Below, piece by piece: positions 19,675-29,187 of a DNA stretch of 37,134 bases (position 1 is the first letter of the stretch; the number at the start of each line of letters is the position of its first letter). The notes beneath the pieces are model-generated. The model did not search any database, was not told the DNA's origin, and was given only the letters and a program-made list of their open reading frames with translations. Source of the stretch: a virus (Duplodnaviria; Heunggongvirae; Uroviricota; Caudoviricetes); the IMG/VR virus record IMGVR_UViG_2703719349_000005; one strand, given 5' to 3'. Made by a program: the position numbers and the translations under genes.

Positions 19675-20104
19675 ACTGCAGAAGGTGGATGAGTGGCTGG
19701 CGGCCTTGCTGGCGAATCTGGAGCCTGCCACACGCCAGCGTATGATGCGGGAACTGGCGCAGGAGTTGCGCCGCAATCAGCAGGAGAATATCAGGCTGCA
19801 GCTTAACCCTGATGGCAGCGGCTTTGAGCCGCGCCGGGTAGCAGCCCGCAGTAAGAAGGGGCGCATCAAACGCCAGATGTTCGCCAAATTGCGCACTAAT
19901 AAATACCTGAAAACTGCCGCCACAGCGGATTATGCCTGCGTGTATTTTGATGGAAAAGTCCAGCGCATCGCCTGTGTACACCACTATGGACTGCGTGACC
20001 GTGTTAGTCGAAGAGGTTTAAAAGTACAGTACCCTGAGAGAAGGCTTTTAGGATTTACTAAGGATATTAGTAACTTGAACTTGGGTGTTTACTTAAAACG
20101 CTAA
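19667..20104 (+). CDS. S: Tail completion protein (gpS)
   Basis: 145-aa ORF at the P2 S position; last ~20 codons become AT-rich (see findings). Confidence 0.8.
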   Translation: MAELQKVDEWLAALLANLEPATRQRMMRELAQELRRNQQENIRLQLNPDGSGFEPRRVAARSKKGRIKRQMFAKLRTNKYLKTAATADYACVYFDGKVQRIACVHHYGLRDRVSRRGLKVQYPERRLLGFTKDISNLNLGVYLKR

Positions 20105-20249
20105 AGTAAATAGTGGGTTAAGAGAATTAGTGGAGGGAGACTTTATCGTTCTACATAAGATACCTTGCTTGAATATACTATAAAGCTCTTTTTTTGAGAT
20201 TAATCTTGTTGTACTTTAATGTCTTCACCTCACTAATGGAGCTAATTTT

Positions 20250-22208
20250 ATGATAGTAGGGATTTTTTTAAGGTATTTTAAAACATACAACGGAAATCAT
20301 TACATACCGTTATCTTCTGGAAGTCAGTTTTGTGGAATTGTTGGTAACAATGGAATTGGCAAAAGTTCTGTTCTTGAGGCTTTAGATTCGTTTATTAATA
20401 ACAAACCATGGAATATTAATTCTTCATTTAAAAGAACCTCCAGTGACAGACCTTCTCCACATATTGTTCCTTTATATCTTATAAAGCGAGAGGAATTACA
20501 TGAAGATCATCATGCTAAAGCTGAAATCTTAACGCAATTAGTATTAGAATATAGCAATAGTAATGCTGATGTTACATTGACGCCAACAACACGAAATATA
20601 ATTAATACGTTTTTTGAACATATTAACAAATTAAAAAGAAATTTAAATCTCCAAGATTATTTTTTGATCCCTCTGGGTGTCGAGAAAGATGGTGATGTAA
20701 GTATTTCGATTCTTAATGGGAAGAGTTTATGTCGACTTTTGGAGGTTGATAATCCCGATAATAAAGTTTCGAGCGAGTTGCTTAGTGAGCACTTTGGGTA
20801 TTTATTACATCATGTCCGCCATAAGTATGAATATATATATATTCCAAAGGATATAGACTCTGAATCGTTTACGAAGCTAGAAACAAGTGAAGTACAAAAG
20901 TTGATGGGTGAGTCTTTAGAGCAGATAATTAAAGATAGAATATCTGATAGAACCATAAGTCAAATCAATACAGGGCTTGCCAAATTTCTGGATGGTGTTG
21001 AAGAGGAGCTTGAAGAATATGGTTATAGAACATCTGGCGAGAGACAATCGCGATTAAAAAAGAAAGATGTTTATAATTTGATTATCGAAGCATTCTTCAA
21101 GGTTAGGAAATTAAATAAAAAGCAGAATTCAGGTTGGATTGAAATTAGCTCGCTAAGTTCAGGGGAGAAGCAACGTGCAATAATGGATATTGCATATGGG
21201 TTTCTTACCAATCATCGAGAAAATGGCGATAATCTGATTATTGGAATTGATGAGCCAGAATGTTCTCTTCATATGTCTGCATGTTTTGAACAATTTGAAA
21301 AGCTCTATTCTATTAGTGGTATATGTGAACAATTAATATTTACTTCACATTGGTATGGCTATCTTCCAACCGTCGAAAATGGATGTACCACAACTATCCT
21401 TAAAACAGATTCAACTCATCATTTTGAATTATATGATCTTGCCAGTTATAGAGAAGAAGTCAGGAAGAAAGTAAAAACCTCTTCCCCGGGTATGCCATTT
21501 GATATAAAAATAAAAAGTGTAAATGACCTTATACAATCCATAATATCTAGCTGTTTGGCTGAGAAACCTTACAATTGGTTGATTTGTGAGGGTACTACAG
21601 AAAAAATATATCTTTCGCATTATCTAAAGGACTTGGTAGAAAATAAAAGGCTAAGGATTGTGCCTGTAGGGGGAGCTAGTGAAGTTAAAAAAATATTTAA
21701 GCATTTAGAAGCTTCTTATGAAGAGTTCAAAAAAGACCTCAAAGGAAAAGTGTTCTTACTAACCGATACAGATTCAGAGTTGGTGTCATATGATACCCCA
21801 GTTATGCCGCATGTTGTTTGTAAGCGAATTGTTAGTGTAGGTGATTCAGTGAAGTTGGTTGATATTTCTTCCAATCCAGTTTCTCCTGCAACAGAAATAG
21901 AGGATTGTCTTAATCCTGTATCGTTTATAGAGGCTTTAACATCATTTTCTTCACGTTTTCCTGAGCTTCAGGCATTGCTGCCTAATAGTAATGTTATGAT
22001 AGATGAAAGACATTCATCGTTTGCTGCGATGGATTTGTCACCCAAGAACAAAAAAACGCTTGATGCTTTTTTTGACCGTGAAGGGATTAAGTTTGATTTT
22101 TCAAAGGAATATATTTCAATCTGTGAGCGAAATGAGCGGAAAAGGCCAGAGTGGATTGCCAAAATTGAAAATTTTTTTATAAGTGATAAACCTGTAAAGT
22201 TTAATTGA
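20250..22208 (+). CDS. OLD/GajA-like ABC-type ATPase fused to Toprim-like nuclease domain (652 aa); candidate antiphage cargo
   Basis: Walker A GNNGIGKSS, ABC-signature-like LSSGEKQ, Walker B LIIGIDEPE, H-loop-like TSHW. C-terminal Toprim-like acidic motifs WLICEGTTEK, IVPVGG, FLLTDTDSE. Strongly AT-rich relative to flanking phage genes. Confidence 0.65.
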   Translation: MIVGIFLRYFKTYNGNHYIPLSSGSQFCGIVGNNGIGKSSVLEALDSFINNKPWNINSSFKRTSSDRPSPHIVPLYLIKREELHEDHHAKAEILTQLVLEYSNSNADVTLTPTTRNIINTFFEHINKLKRNLNLQDYFLIPLGVEKDGDVSISILNGKSLCRLLEVDNPDNKVSSELLSEHFGYLLHHVRHKYEYIYIPKDIDSESFTKLETSEVQKLMGESLEQIIKDRISDRTISQINTGLAKFLDGVEEELEEYGYRTSGERQSRLKKKDVYNLIIEAFFKVRKLNKKQNSGWIEISSLSSGEKQRAIMDIAYGFLTNHRENGDNLIIGIDEPECSLHMSACFEQFEKLYSISGICEQLIFTSHWYGYLPTVENGCTTTILKTDSTHHFELYDLASYREEVRKKVKTSSPGMPFDIKIKSVNDLIQSIISSCLAEKPYNWLICEGTTEKIYLSHYLKDLVENKRLRIVPVGGASEVKKIFKHLEASYEEFKKDLKGKVFLLTDTDSELVSYDTPVMPHVVCKRIVSVGDSVKLVDISSNPVSPATEIEDCLNPVSFIEALTSFSSRFPELQALLPNSNVMIDERHSSFAAMDLSPKNKKTLDAFFDREGIKFDFSKEYISICERNERKRPEWIAKIENFFISDKPVKFN

Positions 22209-22217
22209 TAAATGGTC

Positions 22218-22236
22218 GCAGGGGAAACCCTGCGAT
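22218..22236 (+). terminator. Stem-loop after the cargo gene (TCGCAGGG-gaaa-CCCTGCGA)
   Basis: Perfect 8-bp inverted repeat with a GAAA loop 10 bp after the stop; no clear U-tract. Confidence 0.4.
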
Positions 22237-22243
22237 ATTCTAC

Positions 22244-22318
22244 TAACCTCTAACCTCTAACCTCTAACCTCTAACCTCTAACCTCTAACCTCTAACCTCT
22301 AACCTCTAACCTCTAACC
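22244..22318. repeat. Perfect heptanucleotide microsatellite (TAACCTC) x ~10.7
   Basis: Read directly: ten full tandem copies of TAACCTC plus a partial copy, between the cargo gene hairpin and the P_V dyad. Confidence 0.95.
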
Positions 22319-22346
22319 AGAGGGTTTATTTCTTTTCAAAGAAAAT

Positions 22347-22364
22347 TGTATCTTCTTTTATACA
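22347..22364 (+). promoter_or_regulatory. Late-promoter activator dyad TGT-N12-ACA upstream of V
   Basis: TGTATCTTCTTTTATACA read directly, about 50 bp upstream of the V start. Confidence 0.5.
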
Positions 22365-22411
22365 AAATAAGCTGTTTGAAGAGGTTGTGTAAAGCATGGA
22401 AAAATAATCTT

Positions 22412-22990
22412 ATGAATACACAACTCACAGAAATCATGCGCCTTATCACCAACCTGATCCGCACAGGGGTAGTCACTGAAGTGGACAAGGAAAACTGGCT
22501 TTGTCGGGTGAAAACGGGCGACCTTGAAACCAACTGGATTAACTGGCTGACGCTGCGCGCGGGTAATGCCCGCACATGGTGGCGACCATCGGAAGGTGAG
22601 CAGGTGGTGCTGCTGAGTCTGGGAGGTAATCTGGAAACAGCCTTTGCGCTGCCCGCCATCTATTCGAATCAGTTCGCACCACCGTCGACGTCGGCAGATG
22701 CCTGCGTGATAGAACATCCTGACGGTGGCTGGTTTGAATACGAACCCGCCACTGGGCGCTGGTATGTCAGGGGCATCAAATCAATGGTCATTGAGGCCGC
22801 CGACAATATCACCCTGAAAACCAGTGAGTTTGTGCTGGAGGCTGACCGCACGCGTATTAACAGCGAAGTGGTGATCAATGGTGGCGTTACCCAGGGCGGC
22901 GGAGCGATGAGTTCTAACGGGATCGTGGTTGATGCGCATCAGCATACTGGCGTTCTGAAAGGCGGCGACACAACCGGAGGCCCGGTATGA
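22412..22990 (+). CDS. V: Baseplate spike / assembly protein (gpV)
   Basis: Start at ATG 22412 (MNTQLTEIMRLITNLIRTGVVTEVDKENWLCRV...), gpV-like. Confidence 0.85.
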   Translation: MNTQLTEIMRLITNLIRTGVVTEVDKENWLCRVKTGDLETNWINWLTLRAGNARTWWRPSEGEQVVLLSLGGNLETAFALPAIYSNQFAPPSTSADACVIEHPDGGWFEYEPATGRWYVRGIKSMVIEAADNITLKTSEFVLEADRTRINSEVVINGGVTQGGGAMSSNGIVVDAHQHTGVLKGGDTTGGPV

Positions 22991-23346
22991 CGCTTTATAG
23001 CGGGATGAACAATACCAGCGGCAAAGCCATTACTGATATTGACCATCTGCGGCAGTCGGTGCGGGACATTCTGCTGACGCCGCAGGGTAGCCGCATTGCT
23101 CGCCGTGAATATGGTTCCCTGCTGTCGGCACTGATAGACCAGCCACAAAATCCGGCGTTACGCCTGCAGGTCATGTCGGCAGTGTATGTGGCGCTGAGTC
23201 GCTGGGAGCCACGGCTGACGCTGGATTCCATCACCATCAACAGCAACTTTGACGGTTCTATGGTGGTGGACCTGACCGGGCGGCGGAATAACGGTGTGCC
23301 TGTGTCCCTTTCCGTATCAACAGGAGCAGAGAATGGCAGTGATTGA
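22987..23346 (+). CDS. W: Baseplate wedge protein (gpW, lysozyme-like fold)
   Basis: 119-aa ORF overlapping the V stop; P2 order. Confidence 0.8.
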   Translation: MTLYSGMNNTSGKAITDIDHLRQSVRDILLTPQGSRIARREYGSLLSALIDQPQNPALRLQVMSAVYVALSRWEPRLTLDSITINSNFDGSMVVDLTGRRNNGVPVSLSVSTGAENGSD

Positions 23347-24241
23347 CCTTTCGCAGTTGCCTGCACCGCAGATTGTGGATATGCCGGACTTTGAGACGCT
23401 GCTTGCCGAACGCAAGGCTGAATTTGTGGCGCTTCATCCTAAAGATGAACAGGAAGCCGTGATCCGTACGCTGGAACTGGAATCTGAACCCGTCACCAAA
23501 TTGTTGCAGGAGAACGCTTACCGTGAGTTGCTTCTGCGCCAGCGCATTAACGAAGCCGCGCAGGCGGTGATGGTGGCTTACGCGATGGGCGGCGATCTTG
23601 ACCAGCTCGCTGCCAACTACAACGTGAAACGCCTGACGGTGACGCCTGCTGATAATGATACTGTGCCGCCCGTTGCGGCTGTGATGGAAAGTGATGAAGC
23701 GTTACGCCTGCGTGTGCCTGCAGCCTTTGAAGGGCTTTCAGTTGCGGGGCCAACTGCAGCTTATGAATTTCATGCCCGAAGCGCCGACGGTCGGGTGGCG
23801 GATGCCAGTGCAACCAGCCCGGCACCTGCAGAGGTGGTGCTGACTGTCCTTAGCCGCGAAGCCGATGGAACTGCAGAAAAAGACCTGCTGGACGTGGTGG
23901 AAAAAGCTCTGAACAGTGAGAACGTCCGCCCGGTGGCTGACCGTCTTACGGTTCGCAGCGCAGAAATCATCCCGTATCGCGTGGAAGCCACCATTTTTCT
24001 CTATCCTGGACCGGAAGCAGAGCCGGTAATGGCAGCGGCAAAAGCCAGCCTGCAGAAGTACATCGCCAGTCAGACGCGTCTTGGTCGGGATATTCGCCGT
24101 AGCGCCATCTTTGCCGCCCTGCATGTTGAGGGTGTGCAGCGTGTGGAGCTGGCTTCTCCTCTGGCGGATGTGGTCCTGAACAAAACACAGGCGGCATCAT
24201 GTACGCAGTGGAGCGTAACCAACGGAGGAACGGATGAATAG
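23333..24241 (+). CDS. J: Baseplate protein (gpJ)
   Basis: Start at ATG 23333 (MAVIDLSQLPAP...), gpJ-like. Confidence 0.85.
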   Translation: MAVIDLSQLPAPQIVDMPDFETLLAERKAEFVALHPKDEQEAVIRTLELESEPVTKLLQENAYRELLLRQRINEAAQAVMVAYAMGGDLDQLAANYNVKRLTVTPADNDTVPPVAAVMESDEALRLRVPAAFEGLSVAGPTAAYEFHARSADGRVADASATSPAPAEVVLTVLSREADGTAEKDLLDVVEKALNSENVRPVADRLTVRSAEIIPYRVEATIFLYPGPEAEPVMAAAKASLQKYIASQTRLGRDIRRSAIFAALHVEGVQRVELASPLADVVLNKTQAASCTQWSVTNGGTDE

Positions 24242-24839
24242 TCTGCTGCCACCGGGTTCAACACCACTGGAGCGCCGACTGGCGCAAACCTGCAGCGGGA
24301 TTTCTGATCTGCAGGTGCCGCTTCGTGACTTGTGGAATCCGGCAACCTGTCCGGTCAGTTTCCTGCCTTATCTCGCCTGGGCGTTCTCTGTGGATCGCTG
24401 GGACGAGGGCTGGACAGAAAGCGTCAAGCGCCAGGTGGTGAAGGATGCTTTTTATATTCATCAGCATAAAGGGACCACCAGTGCCGTGCGGCGGGTGGTG
24501 GAGCCGTTCGGCTTTCTGATCCGCATTATTGAGTGGTGGCAGACCGGAGAGGCACCGGGCACGTTTCGCCTGGATATCGGCGTGCAGGACCAGGGCATCA
24601 CTGAAGATACCTATCTGGAACTTGAGCGACTGATAAGCGATGCCAAACCATGTAGCCGCCACATGATCGGCATGTCCATCAATCTGCAGACCAGCGGCCC
24701 GCATTGGGTAGGAGCCGCCAGCTATCTTGGCGAAGAAATCACGATCTATCCGTATATCAACGAAACGATTATTTCCGGTGGCACCGCGCATGAAGGCGGG
24801 GCGGTCCATGTTATTGACACAATGAGAGTGAATCCATGA
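24234..24839 (+). CDS. I: Baseplate protein (gpI)
   Basis: 201-aa ORF overlapping J and H; P2 order. Confidence 0.8.
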   Translation: MNSLLPPGSTPLERRLAQTCSGISDLQVPLRDLWNPATCPVSFLPYLAWAFSVDRWDEGWTESVKRQVVKDAFYIHQHKGTTSAVRRVVEPFGFLIRIIEWWQTGEAPGTFRLDIGVQDQGITEDTYLELERLISDAKPCSRHMIGMSINLQTSGPHWVGAASYLGEEITIYPYINETIISGGTAHEGGAVHVIDTMRVNP

Positions 24840-26566
24840 GCACAAAATTTTATACCCTGCTGACGGATATTGGTGCGGCGAAACTTGCCAGCGCCGCCGC
24901 GCTCGGTGCGCCGCTAAAAATTACCCATATGGCGGTGGGCGATGGCGGCGGAGTATTGCCAACGCCGGACGCAAAGCAGACGGCACTGGTAAATGAGAAA
25001 CGCCGGGCTGCGCTGAATATGCTTTATATCGACCCGCAGAACAGCAGCCAGATTATTGCTGAACAGGTGATCCCTGAAAACGAGGGCGGTTGGTGGATAC
25101 GTGAAGTGGGCCTGTTTGATGAGTCCGGGGCATTGATTGCCGTGGGCAACTGCCCGGAAAGCTATAAGCCGCAACTGGCTGAAGGCAGCGGGCGCACCCA
25201 GACCGTGCGCATGGTGCTGATTACCAGCAGTACGGACAATATCACCCTGAAAATCGACCCTGCTGTAGTGCTGGCAACCCGTCATTATGTAGATCAACAA
25301 ATAGAAATTCATGAGCAATCGCGCCGCCATCTTTCTGCGTCTTTGACAGAAAAGGGATTTGTACGTCTGTATAGCGGTGTGGAAAGCAATGATGAAACAG
25401 TCGCTGCAACGCCAAAAGCAGTGAAAATAGCGATGGATAATGCCAGCGCCAGACTGGCAAAAGACCGCAATGGTTCTGATATTCCCAATCCGGCACTGTT
25501 TGTTCAGAATCTGGGATTGAAAACGACTGTTGATAAAGCTGCATCAGCGATTCAGCCAGGAGATTATGGAATTGGCCTGGCTTATCTGAAAACCATGGGA
25601 ACCAAATCGCAATTTTTTGCTTATGGTACAGCTGTCGGCTATCCAGAAGTGCCAACACATGGTGCTGGTTTCCAGGCCTGTTACAACGACAATCGACGTG
25701 CACAAATTTATGTCGCTAATGATGGCAAGATGTACTGTCGATTCAGCATGTTATCGAAAATTGCCGATGATGAAACACCGTGGAATCAGGTGTTCACCAG
25801 TGCACATTATCCAGAAGCATCAGTGAGTGTTAAAGGAATGGTGCAACTGGGGAACGATGTAAACAGCGTGTCAGAAAATGTTGCGGCGACATTGAAAGCG
25901 GTAAAAATTGCGATGGACAACGCCAGCGCGAGACTGGCAAAGGACCGCAATGGTGCTGATATTCCTGACCCGACTTTGTTTATTCAGAATCTGGGACTTA
26001 AACCGACGGTTGATAAGGCTGAAAGTGCTCTGCAACAGGGAGCATACGGAATCGGTAGCAATAATAACTACGAAATGGGTGATGTTTCACAGTTTCTTGC
26101 ATATTCAGGTAATGCAGATGAAGTGCCATCGAATGGTGCAGGTTTTCAGGCTGCGTATAACAAGAACAGACGCGCGCAGATTTTCATCACCGGAGCAGGG
26201 GAAATGTATCACCGTTTCAGCGGCTCTGATACGGTTAAAGACAATACAACACTATGGCGTCGGGGTGTTTGTGAAGATGAATTTTCATTTGGCAGCAATT
26301 ATCACCGAATAACTGGCGGTGTGCTGAAGCAGTTTTTTAACAGTTATTTTTCCGGGGCAACGGGTGTGGTGAATAAAGAGTATCAGGTGAATTTTCCGAC
26401 ACCATTTGCCCGTCAGTGCTGGTACGTGATCCCCGTTTTCCGTTCGTCACACGGTGGGAGTGTTGAGGGTGTCGCCATTACAGCTATTACTGCAACTGGC
26501 TTTACTCTGAGCATCACCGGAGATAACGGTGGATGGAATATTGGGTTTATTGCGGAGGGGGTCTGA
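24836..26566 (+). CDS. H: Tail fibre protein (gpH) with internally duplicated module
   Basis: N-terminus (MSTKFYTLLTDIGAAKLASAAALGAPLKITHMAVGDGGG...) is gpH-like; the ATPKAVK motif occurs twice inside a ~115-aa tandem duplicated segment. Confidence 0.85.
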   Translation: MSTKFYTLLTDIGAAKLASAAALGAPLKITHMAVGDGGGVLPTPDAKQTALVNEKRRAALNMLYIDPQNSSQIIAEQVIPENEGGWWIREVGLFDESGALIAVGNCPESYKPQLAEGSGRTQTVRMVLITSSTDNITLKIDPAVVLATRHYVDQQIEIHEQSRRHLSASLTEKGFVRLYSGVESNDETVAATPKAVKIAMDNASARLAKDRNGSDIPNPALFVQNLGLKTTVDKAASAIQPGDYGIGLAYLKTMGTKSQFFAYGTAVGYPEVPTHGAGFQACYNDNRRAQIYVANDGKMYCRFSMLSKIADDETPWNQVFTSAHYPEASVSVKGMVQLGNDVNSVSENVAATLKAVKIAMDNASARLAKDRNGADIPDPTLFIQNLGLKPTVDKAESALQQGAYGIGSNNNYEMGDVSQFLAYSGNADEVPSNGAGFQAAYNKNRRAQIFITGAGEMYHRFSGSDTVKDNTTLWRRGVCEDEFSFGSNYHRITGGVLKQFFNSYFSGATGVVNKEYQVNFPTPFARQCWYVIPVFRSSHGGSVEGVAITAITATGFTLSITGDNGGWNIGFIAEGV

Positions 26567-27000
26567 TGAGTTATTTTTACAGTCCATCAAGAAATGCATT
26601 TTATAACAGTGAACTGAAATCTGATTATTACGATGCTCTCGATGCGTGGCCGGATGACTGTATTGAGGTAAGTGATGCAGTCTATCAGGAGTTTTATCTT
26701 GGTTATCGGGAAGGGTACAAAATGGTTGCAGGCACTGATAACCAGCCATCATGGGAAGAACGTCCACCATTGACCCATGAGGAACAGATGGAACAGGCTG
26801 AAATGATGAAACAGATGCGCATTAATGAGGCTAACAACCTGATTAATGAAAAACAATGGCCATCAAAATTACAGCTTGGCAGGCTGAACGAAATGGAGAC
26901 AACCAGATTTAATGCGATGCTGGATTATCTTGAGTTACTTGAAAATATTAATGTAAGTGATGCCCCGGATATAGTCTGGCCTTTATCACCAGAAGTCTGA
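26566..27000 (+). CDS. G: Tail fibre assembly chaperone (gpG-like)
   Basis: ATG overlaps the H stop (TGATG); position after H. Confidence 0.7.
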   Translation: MSYFYSPSRNAFYNSELKSDYYDALDAWPDDCIEVSDAVYQEFYLGYREGYKMVAGTDNQPSWEERPPLTHEEQMEQAEMMKQMRINEANNLINEKQWPSKLQLGRLNEMETTRFNAMLDYLELLENINVSDAPDIVWPLSPEV

Positions 27001-27039
27001 ATACATCCCCGCGTCTGCGGGGATTGCTGTATCCGCCGT

Positions 27040-27057
27040 TGTGCCATTTTTCATACA
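27040..27057 (+). promoter_or_regulatory. Late-promoter activator dyad TGT-N12-ACA upstream of FI
   Basis: TGTGCCATTTTTCATACA read directly, about 75 bp upstream of the FI start. Confidence 0.55.
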
Positions 27058-27132
27058 AACCACATAACGTGCATCCTGCTCGTATCAACCAGAACATAGG
27101 CAGACCCCCTCTACTACCGGAGAGACTGCCTT

Positions 27133-28305
27133 ATGGCTCAGGATTACCACCACGGGGTGCGCGTTGTTGAAGTCAACGAAGGCTCCCGATCCATTACCAC
27201 GGTGAGCACCGCCATCGTGGGCATGGTCTGCACGGGCGATGATGCCGATGCAAAAATGTTTCCTCTTAATAAACCCGTGCTGATCACTGATGTGCTGACT
27301 GCCAGCGGTAAAGCGGGTGAGTCCGGCACGCTGGCCCGTTCGCTGGATGCCATCTCTGACCAGGCAAAACCCGTGACCGTTGTTGTGCGTGTGCCGCAGG
27401 GTGAAACGGAAGAAGAAACCACGACCAATATCATCGGCGCAGTGACTGCTGAAGGTAAAAAAACAGGCATGAAAGCCCTGTTATCTGCCCAGACACAGCT
27501 CGGCGTTAAACCGCGCATTCTCGGCGTACCTGGTCACGATAACAAAGCCGTTGCGACTGAGTTGCTGAGCGTGGCGCAAAGCCTGCGTGGGTTTGCCTAC
27601 CTGTCAGCGTATGGTTGCAAGACGGTGCAGGAAGCAATCACTTACCGTGAAAACTTCAGCCAGCGCGAAGGGATGCTGATCTGGCCTGACTTTACTGGCT
27701 GGGACACGGTGCTGAATGCCGAAGCAACGGCTTATGCCACCGCCCGTGCGCTTGGTCTGCGCGCCAAAATTGACGAGCAGACCGGATGGCACAAAAGCCT
27801 GTCCAACGTGGGCGTGAACGGTGTCACCGGAATTTCTGCTGATGTGTTCTGGGATCTGCAGGACCCGACAACCGATGCAGGTCTGCTGAACCAGAACGAC
27901 GTCACCACGCTTGTGCGTAAAGACGGTTTCCGCTTCTGGGGTTCCCGCAGCCTGAGTGATGACCCGCTCTTTGCCTTCGAAAACTACACCCGCACGGCGC
28001 AGGTGCTGATGGACACGATGGCAGAAGCACACATGTGGGCGGTGGATAAACCGCTTAACCCGTCGCTGGCCCGCGACATTATCGAAGGTATCCGCGCCAA
28101 AATGCGCAGCCTGGTCAGTCAGGGTTATCTCATTGGTGGTGATTGCTGGCTGGATGAGTCGGTGAACGACAAAGACACGCTGAAAGCCGGAAAACTCACC
28201 ATCGACTATGACTACACGCCAGTGCCGCCACTTGAAAATCTGATGCTGCGCCAGCGCATCACCGATCAGTACCTGGTGAATTTCGCCAGCCAGGTCAGCG
28301 CGTAA
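27133..28305 (+). CDS. FI: Tail sheath protein (gpFI)
   Basis: 390-aa translation ([34 protein letters not shown]...) is sheath-like; P2 order. Confidence 0.9.
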   Translation: MAQDYHHGVRVVEVNEGSRSITTVSTAIVGMVCTGDDADAKMFPLNKPVLITDVLTASGKAGESGTLARSLDAISDQAKPVTVVVRVPQGETEEETTTNIIGAVTAEGKKTGMKALLSAQTQLGVKPRILGVPGHDNKAVATELLSVAQSLRGFAYLSAYGCKTVQEAITYRENFSQREGMLIWPDFTGWDTVLNAEATAYATARALGLRAKIDEQTGWHKSLSNVGVNGVTGISADVFWDLQDPTTDAGLLNQNDVTTLVRKDGFRFWGSRSLSDDPLFAFENYTRTAQVLMDTMAEAHMWAVDKPLNPSLARDIIEGIRAKMRSLVSQGYLIGGDCWLDESVNDKDTLKAGKLTIDYDYTPVPPLENLMLRQRITDQYLVNFASQVSA

Positions 28306-28314
28306 GGGGACAAC

Positions 28315-28830
28315 ATGGCTTTACCACGCAAATTAAAACATCTGAACCTGTTTAACGACGGGAACAACTGGCAGGGGATCGTTGAGTCGCTGACGCTGCC
28401 GAAATTCACCCGCAAATATGAGAAGTATCGCGGCGGCGGAATGCCGGGTGCAGTGGATGTGGATCTGGGGCTTGATGACAGTGCTCTGGACACAGAATTT
28501 TCCATTGGTGGTACTGAACTGCTGCTGTTTAAACAGATGGGCAAAGCCACGGTGGATGGCATCCAGTTGCGCTTTACCGGCTCTATCCAGCGTGATGATA
28601 CCGGGGAAGTACAGGCCGTGGAGCTTGTGGTGCGTGGACGTCACAAAGAAGTGGACTCCGGCGAGTGGAAGACGGGCGAAAGCAACACCACCAAAGTGAC
28701 CAGTACCAACAGCTACGCGAAGCTGACTATCAATGGTGAGGTGCTCTATGAAGTGGACCTTATCAACATGGTGGAAATTGTGGACGGTGTGGACCTGATG
28801 GAGGCGCACCGCAACGCCCTCGGCCTCTGA
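28315..28830 (+). CDS. FII: Tail tube protein (gpFII)
   Basis: 171-aa ORF immediately after the sheath gene. Confidence 0.9.
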   Translation: MALPRKLKHLNLFNDGNNWQGIVESLTLPKFTRKYEKYRGGGMPGAVDVDLGLDDSALDTEFSIGGTELLLFKQMGKATVDGIQLRFTGSIQRDDTGEVQAVELVVRGRHKEVDSGEWKTGESNTTKVTSTNSYAKLTINGEVLYEVDLINMVEIVDGVDLMEAHRNALGL

Positions 28831-28884
28831 TGTATCTGAACGGCGCGGGATTCCGCGCCAGAACCCAATTTACAGGACAACAAA

Positions 28885-29187
28885 ATGAGCGATAAGCAGA
28901 CTGAAAAGACCATTCAACTGGATACCCCCATCATGCGCGGTAAAACAGAAGTCACCGAAATTGTGCTGCGTAAACCGCAGTCCGGTGCGCTGCGCGGCAC
29001 ACGCCTGCAGGCCATTATGGATATGGATGTGAACGCGATGATGACCGTGATCCCCCGCATCTCCAGTCCGGCACTGACTGCACAGGAAATTGCAGAGATG
29101 GACCCGGCAGATCTCACTGCCATGTCGGTTGAGGTTGTCACTTTTTTGTTGAAGAAGTCGGTGCTTGCCGGTTTACCGACAGCCTGA
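28885..29187 (+). CDS. E: Tail assembly chaperone (gpE)
   Basis: 100-aa ORF upstream of the tape measure gene, with the slippery site T_TTT_TTG near its 3' end. Confidence 0.75.
   Translation: MSDKQTEKTIQLDTPIMRGKTEVTEIVLRKPQSGALRGTRLQAIMDMDVNAMMTVIPRISSPALTAQEIAEMDPADLTAMSVEVVTFLLKKSVLAGLPTA

Noticed and set aside
20250-22208. Calling the ATPase-Toprim gene a Gabija or two-gene PARIS system
   Set aside because: No GajB-like helicase or separate AriB-like gene is adjacent, so only the generic OLD-family architecture is supported.
22244-22318. Heptamer repeat considered as a CRISPR array or telomere-like element
   Set aside because: Unit is only 7 bp with no spacers; it is a simple microsatellite, not a CRISPR array. 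Reported as a repeat instead.
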